Origin: the human T2T-CHM13v2.0 reference genome, Homo sapiens
DNA length: 64,000 bases
Strand: one strand, 5' to 3'
Assembly (NCBI RefSeq): GCF_009914755.1
Contig: NC_060948.1
Part shown: positions 40,675 through 53,155 of the stretch, one piece after another
Numbering within the stretch: the stretch's first letter is position 1
Layout: each line of letters opens with the position of its first letter
Program-made: the position numbers and the translations under genes
Notes under the pieces: model-generated
What the model saw: only the letters and a program-made list of their open reading frames with translations
Databases searched by the model: none
Told to the model about the DNA's origin: nothing

Positions 40675-41790
40675 TTTTTAAAAATAAATATTACTGTGTA
40701 TATATAAAGTATATGACATTATGTTATGGGATACATATAGATAGTTTTAAAAGGTAACTTTAGTGAGGCAAATGACATTTCAATCATTTCACATAGTTAC
40801 CCATTATCTTTTTTTTTGTTTTCGTGTCAAGAGCAGATAAAACCTACTCATTTATTATGAATCCCACATACAATACAGTTTTATCACCAGTACTCCTCAT
40901 GTTGCACATTAGATTTTAAACTTGTTAATCCTACATAATTCCTACTTTGTATCCTCTGGCCCACATCTCCCCATTTCTTCATCTCTGTGTATTTGAATTT
41001 GTTTTTAGATTTCACATATTAGTAAGATAATGAAATATTTTTCATTCTGTATCTGGCTTATTTAACTTAGAATAATGTCCTCCAGGCTCATCCATGCTGT
41101 GGCAAATGGTAATTTTTTTTTCTGTTTAAGTGTAAAATAATATTCCATTGTGTATATGTGATGCAGTTTCTTTATCCATTTATTCATTGATGAACACTTA
41201 GGTTTATTCCATACATCAGTTATTGTAAAAAAGCTGCAATAAACATGAGATTGCAGGTGTCTTTATTATGTAATGATTTTGTTTCCTTTGGATATATGCC
41301 AAGAAGAGTGATTGCTGGGTATTATGGCTATGTTTAGAAACCTCCATACTGTTTTCCATAATGGCTGTACCAATCTATATTCTCCCCAGCAATGTATGAG
41401 AATTCCCTTTTTTCCACACCCTCACCAACATTTGCTGTCTTTTGACATTTTAATAGTAGCCATCCTAATGAGTGTGAAGTGGTATCTCATAGTGATTTTG
41501 ATTTGCATTTCCCTGATAATTAATGATGTTTAGTACTTTTTAAAATGCCTGTTGGCTATTTTTATGTCTGTTTTGGGAAAATATCTATTCAGGTCTTTTC
41601 CCATTCTATAAAATTGAGTGATTTGTTTTTCCACTATTGAGTTTTATGAGTTATATGTAAATTTTGGATATTATTCCTTTATCATATATGTGGATTGCAA
41701 ATATATTTTTCCCAATCTATAGTTTTCCATGTCATTTTTTGAGTATTTCCTCTGCTATGCAGAAGGTTTTTGGTTTGATATAGTTCCATT
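40675..41790 (-). mobile_element. L1MA 3' portion (non-inverted arm)
   Basis: L1MA 3' UTR at the left, ORF2 C-terminal region, ending ...ttttggtttgatatagttccattt. Confidence 0.85.
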
Positions 41791-42075
41791 TAGAAAAATA
41801 CAACCTATTAAGATTGAATCAGGGAAAAAGAGAAAACCTGAACAGACCAATAACAAATAAAGATATTGAAGAAGTAATCAAAAAAACTCTTGACAAAGAA
41901 AAGCTCAGAACCAAATGGCTTCACAGCTGAATTTTACCAAACATTCAAAGAACATTCAAGCATTCAAAGTATAATAACAGTACTACTTAAATATTCCAAA
42001 AAATAGAGCTAGAGAGCATAATTTCAAACAGATTTTAGCAGGCTAATATCACTTTGATATCCTAGCCAGACAAAG

Positions 42076-42125
<50 letters not shown>

Positions 42126-45100
42126 CTCTCTCTTTCTCTCTCACACACACACACACATAAAATTTAGGCCAATTTCTCTGAGAAACATTGATGCAAATAT
42201 TCTCAATAAAATATTACCAAACCAAATTCAACAACACATCAAAAAAATTGCATATTGTGACCAGGTGGAATTTATTCCTGGTATTCAAGAGTGGTTTAAC
42301 ATATGTAATCAATTCATGGGATATACCACGTTAACAGAATGAAAGACACAAACCACATGATCATCTCAATTGACATGAAAAAAGCATTCAATAAAGTCCA
42401 CCACTCTATTGTTAAAAACTCTGAACAATTTAAGTATAGAAGAAACTTCTTCAATAAAATAAAAGCCAATTATGAAAACACACAGATAATATTCTAACTA
42501 ATGGAGAAAAACCTGAAGTCTTCTCCATTATGATTCAGTACAAAGCAAGAATGCCAACTGTCATTACTTCTATTCAACATAATACTGGAAGTACTAGCAA
42601 GAACAATCACATGAGAAAAAGACAGAAAAGGCATCAAAACTGAAAAGAAAGAAGCAAAATTATCTCTTTTTGCAGATGGCATAATTTTATATATAAAAAA
42701 TGAAAAACAAATCACATAAAAATTCTTAGAACTAATAACAAATGTTACAGTGTTGCAAGATACAAAATCATATAAAAATCAGTAGCATTTTAATAAATAC
42801 ATAATAATCTAACTGAAAAATAAGTCAAGAAAACAATCTCATTTATGATAGCATATGAAAAAAAATACCTAGGAATAAATTCAATCCAAGAGGTAAAAGA
42901 TCTCTAGATTGAAAACCTCAAAGCACTGATGAAAAAATTCAAGACACAAATAAATGGAAATATATTCCATGTTCATGCACTGGAAGAATTAGCATTTTAA
43001 AAATGTCTATATTACTCAAAACTATATGCAGAAACAATGCAATACCTACTAAAATCCCACTGACATCCTGTTTTACTTCATTCTCACACTGCTATAAAGA
43101 AATACCTGCAACTGCATAATTTATAAAGAAAAGAAGTTTAACTGCCTCATGGTTCTACAGGCTGTACAGGAAGCATAGCAGCTTCTGCTTCTGGGGATGC
43201 CTCAGGAAACTTACAATTATCGGGGAAGGTGAAAGGGAAGCAGGTACATTTTACATGGCCTGAGCAGGAGAAAGAGAGAGAGAAGTGGGAGGTACTACAC
43301 ACTTTTAAACAACCAGATATCATGATAACTCACTCACTCACTATCACGAGAACAGCACTGATGGAATGGTTCTAACCCATTTATGAGAACGCTACCCCCA
43401 TAATCCAATCACTCCCCCCAAACCCCACTTCCAACATTGGTGATTATGATTCAACATGAGATGTGGGTGGGAACAAAGATCCAAACTATATCAATCCACC
43501 CCCAGCCCCTCCCAAATTTTATGTCCCTCTCACATTTCAAAATACAGTAATGCCTTCCCAACAGTCCACCAAAGTCTTACCTCATTCCAGCATTAACTCC
43601 GAAGTCCAAAATCAAAGGTCTCATCTGAGACAAGGCAAGTCTCTTCTACCCATAAGCCTGTAAAGTAGAAAAAAGTTAGTTACTTTCAAGATACAATGGG
43701 ATAAATACTTTCAATCTAAATGACAGACATTCTTGGCCAGTAGAAAGAAGCTACAGGCCCCATGCAAGTCTGAAAACCAGCAGAGCAGTCATTAAACTTT
43801 ACAGCTCCAAAATAATATCTTTTTATTTCATGTCCCACATCCAGGGCACACAGATGCAATGCTTGGGTTTCCAAGGCCTTGGTCAGTTCTGACCCTGTGG
43901 CTTTGAAGGGATCAGCACCCTCAGCAGCTCTCATGGTCTGGATTGAGTGCATTTAGATTTTCCAAGCACAATGTTCAGTCTTCCAGTGGATCTACAATAC
44001 CAGGTTCTGGAAGATGGTGGCCTTCTTCTCAGAGCTCCACTATTCAGTGCCCCAGTGGTGGCTCCATGTGGAGGCTCCATCTCCAAATTTCCTTTCCACA
44101 CTGCCCTAGTAGAGGTTTTCCATAAAGGGTCTTCCCCTGCAGACCAGGACAACCAGGCTTTTCCATACATCCTCTGAAATCTAGGCAGAGGCTCTCAACA
44201 TTCAACTCTTGCACTTTGCTCACCTGCAGGCTTAACTCCATGTGGAAGCTGCCAAAGCTTATGGCTTGCACCCTCTGAAGCAACAGTTCAAGCTGTACCT
44301 GGGCCCTATTGAGCCATGGCTGGAGATAGAGTGGCTGGGACGCAGGAAGCAGTGTCCCAAGGATATGCGGTGTGGTGGGGTCCTGGTCTTGGCTCACAAA
44401 AACATTCTTCTCTGCTAGGTCTCTGGGCCTGTGATGGGATAGGCTACCGGGAAAGTCTCTGAAATGTTTTTGAGGCCTCCTCATTGTCTTGGTTATTAAC
44501 ATTTGGATTCTTTTTACTTATGCAAATTTTTACAGCCTGCTTGAATTCCTTCCCTAAAAAAATGGGCTTTTCTTTTCTACCAGATGGCCAGGCTGCACAT
44601 CTTCTAAACTTTAATGCTCTACTTCCCTTTTAAATGTTAGTTCGAGTTTTAGGTCTTTGCTTTCCTCACACATATGAACATAGGTTGTTAGAGGCAGCCA
44701 GGCCACATCTTGAACACTGCGATGCTTAGAAACTCCTTCCTCCAGATAACCCTAAATCATTACTCTCAAGCACAAAGTTCCACAGATCCCTAGAGCGGAG
44801 CCACAATGCTGCCAGGTTATTTGGTAACACATAACAAAAATTACCTTTGTTTTTATTCCCAATATCTTCTTCATCTCCATCTGAGACTTCATCACCTTGG
44901 ACTTTATTGTCCATATCTTTATCAGCATTTTGGTTGCAACCACTTAACCAGCCTCTAGGGAGTTTTAAATTTTCTCTCATCCTCCTATCTTCTTCTGAGC
45001 TCTCCCAGCTCTCACAACCTCTGCTCATTACCTAGTTCCAAAGCTCCTTCCACATTTTCAGTTATCTTTGTAGCAATGCCCCAATTCTTGGTACAAATTT

Positions 45101-46020
45101 TTAGTATTAGTTTTTTCTCACACCGCAATAAAGAAATACCTGAAGCTGGATAATTTATAAACAGAAGAGTTTAATTGGCTCATAGTTCTGCAGGCTGTAC
45201 AGGATGCATAGTGGCTTCCGGTACTGAGAAGGTCTCAGAAACTTACAATCATGGCAGAAGGTGAAGGGGAAGCAGGCATGTCTTACATGGCCAGAGTAGG
45301 AGGAAGAGAGATAGATGGGGATGGTGCTACACATTTTTAAACAACCAGATCTCATGATAATTCACTCACTCACTATTATGAGAACAGCACTGAGGGGCTG
45401 AAGCTAACCCATTAATGAAAACTTAGCTCTCATTAGCCAATTACCTTCCACTAGGCCCCACCTCCAACATTGGGGGTTACAATTTGTCATGAGATTTGGG
45501 TTGGAACACAGATCCAAACCATATTATATTATTTACAGAAAAAAATTAAAATTTCTAAAATTTGTTGAGAACTGTGATAGACTCCAAATATGCAAGACAA
45601 TTTCAAGAAAGAAAAAAAAAATTGAGAGCATCACAATTCCTAATTTAATATAACACTCCAAAGCTATAGTAATCAAAACAGTGTAGTACTTGCATAAGAA
45701 CAGACACAGACTAATGGAACAGAATAGAGAGCCTGGAAATAAAATATACACAGTCAATTAATTTTTGAAAAAGGCACCAAGAGGATGCAATGAGGAAAGA
45801 ATAGTCTCTTCAATAGATGGTACTAGGAAAAATGGATTTTCAAACTCCAAAGAATGAAACTGAACCCTTGTAACATACACAAAAATCTACTAAAAATGAC
45901 ACAAATATAAGAAACTATAAAACTCCTAGAAGAGAACATAGAGAAACAGCTCCTGTACATTGGCCCTTGGTAATGATTTTCTATTTATTACAGAACAATC
46001 TCAGGCCACAAAAGCAAGAA
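41791..46020 (+). mobile_element. L1MA ORF2 RT region (inverted arm), split by an MST provirus; (CA)n/(CT)n at 42081-42157
   Basis: ttatctctttttgcagatggcataatt (decayed FADD motif) at ~42660; resumes after 45526; ends ggccacaaaagcaagaa. Confidence 0.85.
43069..45526 (-). mobile_element. MST (MSTA/MSTB-like) MaLR provirus: LTRs 43069-43493 and 45103-45526, ~1.6-kb internal region
   Basis: Two colinear LTRs ending ccaaactatatca / ccaaaccatatta; internal ORF remnant SWESSEEDRRMRENLKLPRGWLSGCNQNADKDMDNKVQ typical of MaLR-int. Confidence 0.9.
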
Positions 46021-46069
46021 CTGTACCGTTAGTTTTAATGCTGAAGTCTTACATAATGATTAAACATGC

Positions 46070-46230
46070 AACCTTCAGAGTCAGACTAAAGTAAGTTTAA
46101 ATAGCCACACTATGCTTTGGTTTTCCTGTATGTAAAATGGGAAGAATAGCAGTATTTCCTCATAAAATTGTGATCAGAAGGAAATAAAATAATTCATGTT
46201 TAGTCTACAGAACAGTTACTAACACATAAT
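46070..46230 (+). mobile_element. MIR fragment
   Basis: gagtcagact...ttttcctgtatgtaaaatgggaagaatagcagtatttcctcata resembles the MIR core. Confidence 0.6.
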
Positions 46231-46347
46231 AAAACAAAAGCTTTTTTTTTCTAAAAATTAATCCATTTTTGAATATTTCACCATGATAATTGATAACTAA
46301 ATTTATACCTATTATAATACTTCTATTAGTACATTTCACTTTCTCTC

Positions 46348-46778
46348 TGTCAGGCCTCTGAGCCCAAGCCAAGCCATCGCATCCCCTGTGACTTGCACAT
46401 ATACATCCAGATGGCCTGAAGTAACTGAAGATCCACAAAAGAAGTAAAAATAGCCTTAACTGATGACATTCCACCATTGTGATTTGTTTCTGCCCCACCC
46501 TAACTGATCAATGCACTTTGTAATCTCCCTCACCCTTAAGAAGGTTCTTTGTAATTCTCCCCACCCTTGGGAATGTACTTTGTGAGATCCACCCTTACCC
46601 GTAAAACATTGCTCTTAACTTTATCGCCTATCCCAAAACCTATAAGAACTAATGATAATCCACCACCCTTTGCTGACTCTCTTTTCGGACTCAGCCCGCC
46701 TGCACCCAGGTGAAATAAACAGCCATGGTGCTCACACAAAGCCTGTTTGGTGGTCTCTTCACACGGACGCGCATGAAA
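46348..46778 (+). mobile_element. HERV-H LTR7 solo LTR
   Basis: tgtcaggcctctgagcccaagccaagccatcgcatcccc...cacacggacgcgcatgaaa; TSD ctctc/ctcac. Confidence 0.95.
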
Positions 46779-47009
46779 CTCACTGAATAAAATGTTTTGA
46801 GAAAAATACTTAGTTTTCATGCCTATATAACTATCTTTTGCTTTGCCACAGTATCATACACAAAAAGGTACTCCATGAGTGCTTATTAAATGTATAAAAG
46901 TCAGAATGAAGTAATGTACATTTGTGGATATTAATTATCTTCGCTGCTTTTTACCTTGATTATAATTTTTATTCTAAGGCTTCATACTTTATGTGTTTTT
47001 AATTGCATT

Positions 47010-48375
47010 AAAAATTGAGCAAAGGACATTAACAGACACATTTCAAAAGAAAACATACAAACGGCCAACAAGCATATGAAAAAATGCTCAACATCACTAA
47101 TTATTAGAGAAATGCTAATCAAAATCAAAATGAGATACCATCTCACATCACCCAGCATGGCTATTATTAAAAAGTCAAAAAATAGTAGATGCTGGTGAGG
47201 TTGCAGAGAAAAAGGAATGCTTACACACTGCTGGTAGGAATGTAAATTGGTATAGTCATTTAGAAAAGCAGTTTGGCCATTTTTCAAAAAACTTAAAACA
47301 TAATTAACATTCAACCCAGTATTTCCATTATTAGGTATACCCAAAGAAATATAAATTCTTCCAACATAAAGACACATGCATGCATGTGTTCATCACAGCA
47401 CTATTTACAATAGCAAAGACAGGGAATCAACCTATATGCCCATCAGTGGGAGACTGGATAAAGAAAATGTGGTTTATATATACCATGGAATACTATGCAG
47501 CCATTAAAAAGAATGAGAACATGTGTTTTGCAGCAACACGGATGGAGCTGGAGGCCATTATCCTAAGCAAACTAACATAGGAACAGAAAAGTAAATACTG
47601 CATTTTCTCACTTATAAGTAGGAGCTAAACATTGAGTATGTTAGGGACAAACTGCCCTAAGAAAGCTTCTTGGTGCTGCCCACCCCTCCACCTAACGCTC
47701 TGCAACTCTTCTCCTTGCCGCCCACCCTTCCCCCAAGCTTCTTTACATTTCTCAGCCCTTAAGCGGTGAAACCAGCAGACTTCACTTATCAGACCTTGCT
47801 GCGATAAGCAAACCCCAATACAAACCATTCCTACAGCACAGGGGGAGGTCGTGGGAAGCATAAACAAACTTTACCTACACCTCCTTGTAAGTTCCTGTTC
47901 TTCATCTAGCTGCTACCATAAACGTCACAAGGTGATATGTGACAAAATTAACCAGCAAACAACCCCGGGATGCGGCCATACCAAAGAACTCCCTCAAACG
48001 ACCCTCCCCAGTGTAAACCCCTCATTCTGTAAGCTTGGGGCTTCTTCCTCTCTGACTGTTAAGGGGGCAGCCAGCAGGTTAATAAAACTTGCTTGCCTGA
48101 CTTCGGGTCTATTTTTAGTTTCTCTCAGCTAACCTTACAGAGGCATATGGACACAAAGAAAGGAAAAACAGACATTGGGGCCTACTTGAGGGTGGAGGGT
48201 AATAGGAGGGTGAGGATTGAAAAACTACCTATTGGGTACTAGCTTATTACCTGGGTAATGAAATAATCTGTACACCAGACCTCTGTGACACAAAATGTAC
48301 CTATATAACAAACCAAAATAAAATTAAATAAGTGTAATAAATAAGTGAAATAAAAGTTAAATAAGTACAAGTTAA
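47010..48375 (+). mobile_element. L1PA/PB 3' end split by an LTR
   Basis: ORF HVFITALFTIAKTGNQPICPS..WIKKMWFIYTMEYYAAIKKNE = ORF2p C-terminus; 3' UTR resumes ~48145. Confidence 0.88.
47639..48139 (+). mobile_element. solo LTR, LTR18-like (ERVL)
   Basis: TGTTAGGG...aataaaacttgcttgcctgact...tctcagctaaccttACA; TG...CA ends, AATAAA at 48081, interrupts L1 3' UTR. Confidence 0.7.
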
Positions 48376-48649
48376 AACAATAAAGAAAATCAAGGACTTA
48401 GTAGAAAAGAAAATTTCCATTTAGATGTGCTTTTTGAGTGACAAATAGATACCTCTGTCACAAACCTGGAGTTAAGGGCAGATAGGAAAGAAAGAGAAAA
48501 ACATAAAGATAAGTTTCTTTATTTTATCTCAAGAGTAATGGATCTGGAAATACCAAATATTATATTTTTCAATGTGACTTTATAAGCAATTTCTAAAACT
48601 TAAAAAAGAATCCCCTCCTCTATTCAAGATCCAGCTTGGGTAGTATCTA

Positions 48650-48783
48650 CAGCTGAGTTTCTGCAAATGTAGTCCCTGGATCCCTGGAGAAGCTAAGGAC
48701 TTTTAAGCGTCTGTGAAGTCAATGTTGCTCTCACAATAATACGAAGTTGTTATTTCTCTTTTCTATTGTATCAACATCTGCAC
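48650..48783 (+). mobile_element. Charlie1-like hAT fragment
   Basis: tctcacaataatacgaagttgttatttctctttttctattgtatcaacatctgcact resembles the Charlie1 5' end. Confidence 0.5.
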
Positions 48784-49705
48784 TACTTAAGTTTGTTTTT
48801 GTATTGGCTGGTAATTGTTTTCCTTTCCATAATTAGTGCTCCTTTCAATATATCTTGTATAGTGGGTCTGGTGGTAACAAACAAGGTCAGCATTTGCTTG
48901 TCATAAAAGTATCTTATATCTCCTTCACTCAGAAAGCTTTGTTTGGCTGGATATGAAATTCTTGGTTGAAAATTTTTTTCTATAAGCGTGTTGAATATAG
49001 GCTCCCACTCTCTTCTGGCTTGTAAGGTTTCTGCTGAGAGGTCTGCTGTTAGCCTGATGTGATTCCCTTCATTGGAGACCTGCCCTTTCTCCCTAGCTTC
49101 CCCTAATATTTTTTCTTTCATTTCAACATTTGAACATCTAATGGTTATGTGTCTTAGGGATGATCTTCTTGTGTAGAATCTTGCAGAGGTTCTCTGTATT
49201 TTCTGAATTTAATTGTCAGCCTCTCTATTGAGGTTGGGGAAGTTTTCATGGATGATGCCCTGAAATACATTTACCAAGTTGTTGGCTTTCTCCCTTTTAC
49301 TTTCAGGAATGTCAATGATTTGTAGATTTGGCCTATTTACATAATCCCATATTTCTTGGAGGTTTTATTCATTCCTTTTCATTTTTTTCTTTATTTTTGT
49401 CTTACTGCCTTATTTCAGACAGCTACTCTTCAAGTTCTAAGACTCTTTCCTCAGCTCAGTCTATTCTGCTGTTAATACCTGTCATTGCATTGTGAAATTC
49501 TTGCAGTGTGTTTTTCAGCTCCATCAGATGAGTTAGTTTATTTTTTATGCTGGCTATGTCATCTGTCAGCACCTGTATTATTTTATTGTGATTCTTAGTT
49601 TCCTTGAATTGGGTTGTGTCATTCTCCTGAATCTCAATGATCTTCATTTCTATTCATATTCTGAATTCTACTTCTGTCATTTCATCCAATTCAGCCTGGT
49701 TAAAA
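48784..49705 (-). mobile_element. L1 ORF1 (inverted arm of an L1PB/late-PA element)
   Basis: ORFs KEKILGEAREKGQVSNEGNHIRLTADLSAETLQARREW and ELKNTLQEFHNA..INSRID = ORF1p. Confidence 0.9.
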
Positions 49706-49784
49706 AGACCAGTGTATTAGTCAGGGTTTGTTAGAGTGATAGAATTAATAGGATAGATTTATATATAAAGGGGAGTTTATATCA

Positions 49785-50110
49785 CAGGGCATGGTAATAA
49801 GAAGAGGCACTCTAATGAATCTCCTGTATTCCATGCATAATCTTTCTTACCTCTGTTGCAGAGTAGTAGACTGATAGAATCTTGATAGTCTGAGTCAATC
49901 ATCCCAGCCAACACTGTACCTCCCTTCTTAGGCTGTTGGTGTAAAGGTAGGAGAAGTGCAAAGTGTCCAGGTGGCAATCTTAATTTCCAGTTTAATTGAA
50001 TCATTGCTATGTTTCCTGGTGGCAGCATTCCTCCCTCTGAAACTAAGACCTCTAGGCCAGCAGAACATAATGTCACAGAAACAGGAAGCAAATATGTTGT
50101 TAGTGGGTCA
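49785..50110 (-). pseudogene. dut: HERV-L dUTPase remnant (follows the integrase C-terminus in ORF 49777-50298)
   Basis: GGMLPPGNIAMIQLNWKLRLPPGHFALLLP...LAGMIDSDYQDSI; ERV-L carries dUTPase after IN. Confidence 0.8.
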
Positions 50111-53100
50111 CTAGGGGTGATGGTGAGTGTTGCCACTTCCAATTCCACCCCTTGATTCCTGGACCCATGATTCCTGGCTATGGGAGAAACAGTACCATAT
50201 ATTGGATGCTGATTCAGAGCAAACACAGCCTTCTGGAGAACCTTGTCCCAGCCATGCAAAGTATTATAACCTAATTGGCATTTTAGTTGTGACTTCAAAA
50301 GGCCATTCCATCATTCTATCCATCCAGCTGCTTCAGGATGATGGGGAACATGGTAAGACCAGTGAATTCCATGAGCATGAGCCCGCTGCCACATGTTTTT
50401 AGATGTAAAGTGAGTGCCTTGGTCAGAGGCAATGCTGTGTGGAATACCATGATGGTGGATAAGTCATTCCATGAGTCCACAGATGGTAGTCTTGGCAGAA
50501 GTATTGTGTGTAGGATAGACAAACCTACATCCAGAATAAGTGTATATTCCAGTGAGGACAAACCTCTCTGCCCTTTCCATAATGGAAGAGGCCCAGTATA
50601 ATCAACCTGCCACCAGATAACTGGCTGAACACCCTGAGGACTAGGGCCATATTGAGGGCTCAGTGTTCGTCTCTGCTGCGGCAAATTGGGTGTGGACATA
50701 GCCAGGTCAGCCTGGGTGACTGGAAATCCATGTTGCTCAGCTCATGCATAACCTCCATCCCTGCCGCAATGGCTACTTTGTTCATCAGACCGTTGAGTGA
50801 TGACGATGACAGGAGAAGCTGGAAAAAGAGGCTGAGTAGTGTCTACAGAACAGGTCATCCTATCCACTTGATTATTAAAATCTCTTCTGCTAAGGTCACG
50901 CATTGGTGAGCACTCACATGGGATACAAATATCATCCCCTTTTTTTTGGCCACTCAGAAAAGTCTATCCACATACCTCTTCCCCAAATTTCTTTGTCACC
51001 AATTATCCAATCATGTTTCTTCCAAGTCCCTGATCATCCAGCCAAGCCATTGGCTACAGCCCATGAAACAGTATATAATTGCACATCTAGTTATTTTTCC
51101 TTCCATAAAAAGTGCACAACCAGATGCACTACTCAAAGTTCTGCCCACTGGGAAGATTTCCCTTCACCACTTTCTTTCAGGGATGTCCTGAAAGGGACTG
51201 TAGTGCTGCAGCTGTGCACTTGTGGGTGGTACCTGCATATCATGCAGAACCATCTGTGAACCAGACCTTAGATTTCTCTCTCTCTCTGTCAAGTGATCAT
51301 AGGAAACTCTCCATGAGGCCATTGGTGCAGGCTGAGGGAAAGAAGGTAGGGTGGCAGGAAAATAATGGGCATTTGAGCCACTTCCTCGTGTAACTTACTT
51401 GTGCCTTAAGGACCTGCTCAAGCCCGATCACGTATATACTACTTCCATTTGATGATGGAATGCTGCTGTGCATGAACGACTCTATGGCAAGATGGGTCAG
51501 AAAGCACCCAGGTCATGATAGGCAGTTCAGGCTGCATGGTGACTTTACTCTTGGTCAAACATTCAGTTTCCACCAAAGCCCAGTAACAGGCCAAGAGTTG
51601 TCTCTCAAAAGGAGAGTAGTTATCTGAAGAAGATGGCAGGGCCTTGCTTCAAAATCCTACAGGCCTCTGCTGTGATTCACCTATGGGGACCTGCCAGAGG
51701 CTCCAAACAGCATCCCTATTTGCCACTGAGACCTCAAGCACCATTGAGTCTGCTGGGTCATATGGCCCAAGTGGCAGAGCAGCTTGCACAGAAGCCTGGA
51801 CCTGTTGCTGAGCCTTCTTCTAGTTCTGGACCCCACTGAAATCTGGCACCCTTTCAGGTAACTCAATAAATGGGCTGGAGTAACACACACCCAAATGAGG
51901 AATGTGTTGCCTCCAAAATCCAAATAGGCCCACTAAGCATTGTGCCTCTTTCTTGGTTGTAGGAGGGGCCAAATGCAGCAACTTATCCTTCACCTTGGAA
52001 GGAATATCTTGACAGGCCCCACACCACTGGACCCTTAGAAATTTTATCGAGGTAGAAGATACCTGAATTTTAGTCAGGCTTATTACCTATCCACTGGCAT
52101 GCAAATGTCTCACCAATAAGTCCAGTATGTTTGCTACTTCTTGCTCACTGGATCCAATCAGTGTAATGTCATCAATGTAATGAACGAGTGTGATACCTTG
52201 TGGAAGGGAAAATCAATTAAGGTCACTCCAAACAAGATTATGACACAAAGCCAGAGAGTTGATATACTCCTGAGGTAGGACAGTAAAGTTATATTGCTGG
52301 CCTTGCCAGCTGAAGACAGATTGCTTCTGGTGGGCCTTATGGACAAGAATGGACACGAGGACGTTAGTCAAGCCAATGACTTCATACCAGGTACCAGGAG
52401 ATGTGTTTATTTGTGCAAGCAATGAAACCACATCTTCTACAGCAGATGCAATTGAAGTCACCATTTAGTTAAGTGTACAATAATCCACTGTCATTCTCCA
52501 AGATCCAACTGTCTTCTACACAGACTGAATGGAAGAGTTGAAAGGGTATGTGGTGGGAATAACCACCCCTGCATCTCTCAAGTCCTTGATTGCAGCACTA
52601 ATCTCTGCAATCCCTCCAGGGATGCAATATTGTTTTTTATTTACTTTTTTTTTAGGAAGTGGCAGCTCTAATGGCTTCCATTTGGCCTTTTCCACCATAA
52701 TAGCCCTCATCCTACCAACCAGGCAGCAAATGTGGAGGGTTCTGCCAGCTGCTAAGTATGTCTATGCCAATGATGTATTCTGGCACTAGGGAAATGACTA
52801 TAGTATGAGTCCAAGGATCCAATGGACCCACTGTAAGTCAAACCTGAGCTAAACCTCCACTAATTACCTGACCTCCATCAGCCCCTACTTTAACTGGAGA
52901 ACCGCAATGCTGTTTTATGTCCCTTAAAATCAATGGCAGTTCAGAGCCAGTGTCCAGTAGTCCCCAAAATGTCTGATTATTTCCCTTTCCCAATACACAG
53001 TGACTGATCCTGGTAAAAGGCCAGAGGTCTCCTTGGGGAAGGATGAGAGAAAGATTAATAGCATAAATTGTTGGTAGTGTAGTGAGTTCCTCCCTCAACA

Positions 53101-53155
53101 AGGGGACCTGGCCTCTCTTCCATTCAAGGGATTCTGGGTCTGTAAACTGACTCAC
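50111..53155 (-). pseudogene. pol: HERV-L protease/pol remnant (frameshifted)
   Basis: LLDTGSEL (protease), QYCIPGGIAEISAAIKDL and FSWQGQQYNFTVLPQEY (RT), WWQVDYTGPLP (integrase). Confidence 0.88.
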
